DNA of 64,000 nt from Cetorhinus maximus. Its lineage: Eukaryota. Positions within the stretch are counted from its first letter, which is position 1. Each line of letters starts with the position of its first letter. The stretch lies in contig NC_135907.1 in assembly GCF_964194155.1 (NCBI RefSeq), positions 9,734,001 through 9,798,000 on the forward strand. Reading direction: 5' to 3'. This document shows, in pieces, positions 60,850 through 64,000 of the stretch. Below the pieces are notes generated by a model. That model worked only from the letters and a program-made list of their open reading frames with translations. It searched no databases and was not told the DNA's origin. A program made the position numbers and the translations under genes.

Positions 60850-61545
60850 CCCCCAATCGCCCGGACCGCCGGGCTTTCCGCGCCGCCCGGCGCCCAGGCC
60901 CCCCACTCCGCCCGGCGCCCAGGCCCCCCGCTCCGCCCGGCGCCCCCGCTCCGCCCGGCGCCCAGGCCCCCCCGCTCCGCCCGGCGCCCAGGCCCCCCCG
61001 CTCCGCCCGGCGCCCAGGCCGCCCCGCTCCGCCCGGCGCCCAGGCCGCCCCGCCCAGCTGCCCCGCTCCGCCCAGCTGCCCCGCTCCCAGACGCCCAGAC
61101 CCCACCGCTCCACCCAGCGCCCAGACCCCCCCACTCCGCCCAGCGCCCAGCTCCCAGACACACAGCACCGCCCAGCGACCAGCTCCCAGACACACAGCTC
61201 CGCCCAGCTCCCAGCTCTGCCCAGCGCCCAGACACACAGCTCCGCCCAGCGCCCAGCTCCCAGACACACAGCTCCGCCCAGCGCCCAGACCCCCCGCTCC
61301 GCCCAGACACACAGCTCTGCCCAGCGCCCAGACACACAGCTCCGCCCAGCGCCCAGCTCCCAGACACACAGCTCCACCCAGTGCCCAGCTCCCAGACACA
61401 CAGCTCCGCCCAGCGCCCAGACCCCCCGCTCCACCCAGACACACAGCTCCGCCCAGCGCCCAGACCCCCCGCTCCGCCCAGACACACAGCTCCGCCCAGC
61501 TCCCAGACACACAGCTCCGCCCAGTGCCCAGACACCCAGCTCTCC
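60850..61545. repeat. GC/CpG-rich composite minisatellite (two related unit types)
   Basis: cgcccaggccccccgctccgcccgg units grading into cccagacacacagctccgcccagcg units; many CCGCCC boxes. Confidence 0.85.
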
Positions 61546-62899
61546 AAAACCCCGCCTACCCCAAACACCACTCGCTCATCACCCCTGTGCCTAGTCTCAC
61601 TATTGCCCTCCATGCTCATGCTGTCTCCAGATTTGAGGTTTTGGGCATTGGGAGGAGCTGGTGGGGGGGGGGGGGGGGGGGTGGCGGCTTTGAGCATGCT
61701 CATGCTGTCTCCATATATGAATTTCTGAAGGTTCTCCACCCTCTGAGCAAGGTTTATTTATCAATGTACAATGTAACCAAACAGGAACAACTGCATCACT
61801 CACACTAGACCCACAGCAAAACTGCACATTTCCAAAGACAAAAGCAGTGTCGGGTTTCTGCAAACACCAGGCTATCCCACACATGCCTGTAACCAACAAT
61901 ACTTAAATTCAAGAACTTGCACAGCTGCCTGAAAATTACACAGGCAGAACTAAAATTAACTGCTTAACCAGAAAATCATTGTAACCATACATGTCTCAAC
62001 CAGAAAACAGCTTCATCCTTGTCTAGTACAGAACACTGCGAGGCAGGGAGGTGACATCAGATCACAAAGGTCCCTTGGATTCTGGAAACTTGTGTCAGGC
62101 TCAATGATTCTTTCTCAACCAGCTCCTCATGAGAGCCACTATTTCTATAATTTTAACTGTTGCTGATGTTTGCAACTGGGGCATTTAAAGACATCGACCT
62201 ATTTAAAAAGATTATTTGTCCAATTAAAGCATCTCATTGTTTGTGCTTAGTAGATGGGGCAGGGCTATTTCTCACTAACCGGATGGTTATGCAAGTGCAG
62301 GCTTGGTCAGTGCCAACCTTCTGCTTGGATCAAACTTATTCTCTCACCTTCTCTAAGCAAATGCTGCCTGCCAGTGTCGCACTCAAGTCTGTCATCGGCA
62401 CAAATGTACTTTATTCCAGCTGATTATTCACTCAGCTCTCAGTGTCTCTCCCTTATTAACTTACACAACGCAATCCAATTAATTAATTGAATTAACTTTG
62501 CAGTTAATCCACTTGGGTCTCAGAAACTGTCTGATCTCTTAGTTCTCCAGTCACCCGAGCACACTAACATCACAACCACCAATTTCTGCTCCAGCCCAAG
62601 TTCCTTAACACTCTCGGTAAAATCACACTGTCAATGTATTGCTTGGTCACCCTGTTGCAGGTTAGCACCCTCATGAGATGCCGAATGCATTTGTTTTAAA
62701 TGCAGCGAGATCACGGCTAGCTACCCTGGACACCCGAGGATCAAAGGACACAAAAGTAGAGTTTTGTTAAAATCCTTGCCCCCTAAATCACTGATGTAAA
62801 CAGAAAGACCTCTCGCAGCTACTTCACTCAAACGGGGTCATCCGAGCACTGAATCCATCAAATCCAATGAAGGACTGGGAGAGACAAGCAGCTTTATAG

Positions 62900-64000
62900 C
62901 AAAGAATAATTATAAAGAGGATTGGATTGTGGGGAGTGAGGTGGGACAAGTGACAGTAGGGGAGCATTTAGGGAACAGTGATCACAGGATCATAGGTTTA
63001 GGTTATTTATGGAAAAGGATAACGTGCAATTTAGAGTAAAAATATTAATTGCAGGAGGGCCAAATTTAAGTGGGGTGGGAACAGATTTGGCACAGGTAAA
63101 CTGGAATCAAAGATTGGCAGGCAAGGCTGTAATGGAACAATGGCTTGATTTGCAGCAGAAAGCAGAAAAAGGGCGAGTATAACAGGTGTGGGATTAAAAA
63201 CACAAGTGAGGACCAGGTTGAATATAGAAAGTACAGAGGGAAAGTGAAAAAGAAAATAAGAGAGGCAAAGAGGGACTATGAGAAGAGATTGGCAACTAAC
63301 ATAAAAGGGAATCCAAAAGTCTTCTATAGGCATGCAAATAGTAAAAAAAAAGTGCTAAGAGACAGGGTAGAGCTAATTAGGGACCTAAAAGGGGATCTAT
63401 GCATGGATGCTGAGGCATGGTTGAGGTACTAAACCCAGCAACTGCAGGCCAGTCAGTTTAACCTCAGCTTTCAGGACTGATAAGCCAGGACGACATTAAT
63501 TCAGACTTGTCCATATGACTGTTAATCAAGGAAAGCCAACATGAATTTGTTAAAGGCAAGTCCTGTTCAACCTGTTTGAATTTTCTGACGAGGTAACAGA
63601 GGGGACTGGTGAGGGTAATGTGGTTGATATTTGTATATGGATTCCCAAAAGGCATTTGATAAAGTGTCACAATCGGGTTGCCAGCAAAGTTCGTGAAATA
63701 AAGGGACAGTGGCAGCATGGATATAAAGTTGGCTGAGTGGCAGGAAACAGAGTAGTAGTGAATTGTTATTTCTCAGATTGGGGGGGGGGGGTGGGGGGGG
63801 GGGGGTGGGGGGGTGGTAGAGAGCGGGGTTTTCCAGAAGGCGGTACCAGGATCAGTGCTTTCATTGATATATATTAATGGCCTAGGCTTGGGTGTACAAG
63901 ACATATTTCAAAATTTGGAAGTATTGTGAACTGTGAGGAGGACAGCGATAGACTTAAAGAGGACATAGGCAGGCTGGTGGAACTGGTGGATGTTGGCAGG
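62900..64000 (+). mobile_element. CR1 ORF2 remnant running off the window
   Basis: EYRKYRGKVKKKIREAKRDYEKRLATNIKGNPKVFYRH; aaggcatttgataaagtg (KAFDKV). Confidence 0.85.

Noticed and set aside
60539-61739. 275-351 aa ORFs on both strands
   Set aside because: GC-rich tandem repeat lacking stops; no recognisable domain and no match to the missing MICALL1 exons.

Overview
Vertebrate genomic DNA, most likely a cartilaginous fish (inferred from shark-type SINEs, DeuSINEs, CR1, L2 and Penelope repeats). The window lies inside one minus-strand gene, MICALL1. I traced 13 consecutive coding exons (54338 down to 2562) with GT-AG junctions and consistent phases, giving 3031 nt or about 1010 codons. They cover the end of the CH domain, the LIM domain, a Pro/Ser-rich region with two NPF motifs, and the C-terminal coiled-coil (bMERB) domain. 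The first two exons and the terminal exon were not found and probably lie outside the window. Introns are packed with decayed mobile elements and G-rich minisatellites. The most unusual structure is a 1.27-kb intronic array (30709-31979): five TATAAATAG motifs separate four modules built from degenerate tRNA-Ser/Phe/Ile copies, SINE heads and Tx1-type retrotransposon 3' ends. Other notable items are a 63-bp (3x21-bp) coding repeat expansion in one exon, minimal hammerhead ribozyme motifs in Penelope-like elements, and several long inverted repeats. All coordinates and identities were read by eye; family names were not confirmed by database search.
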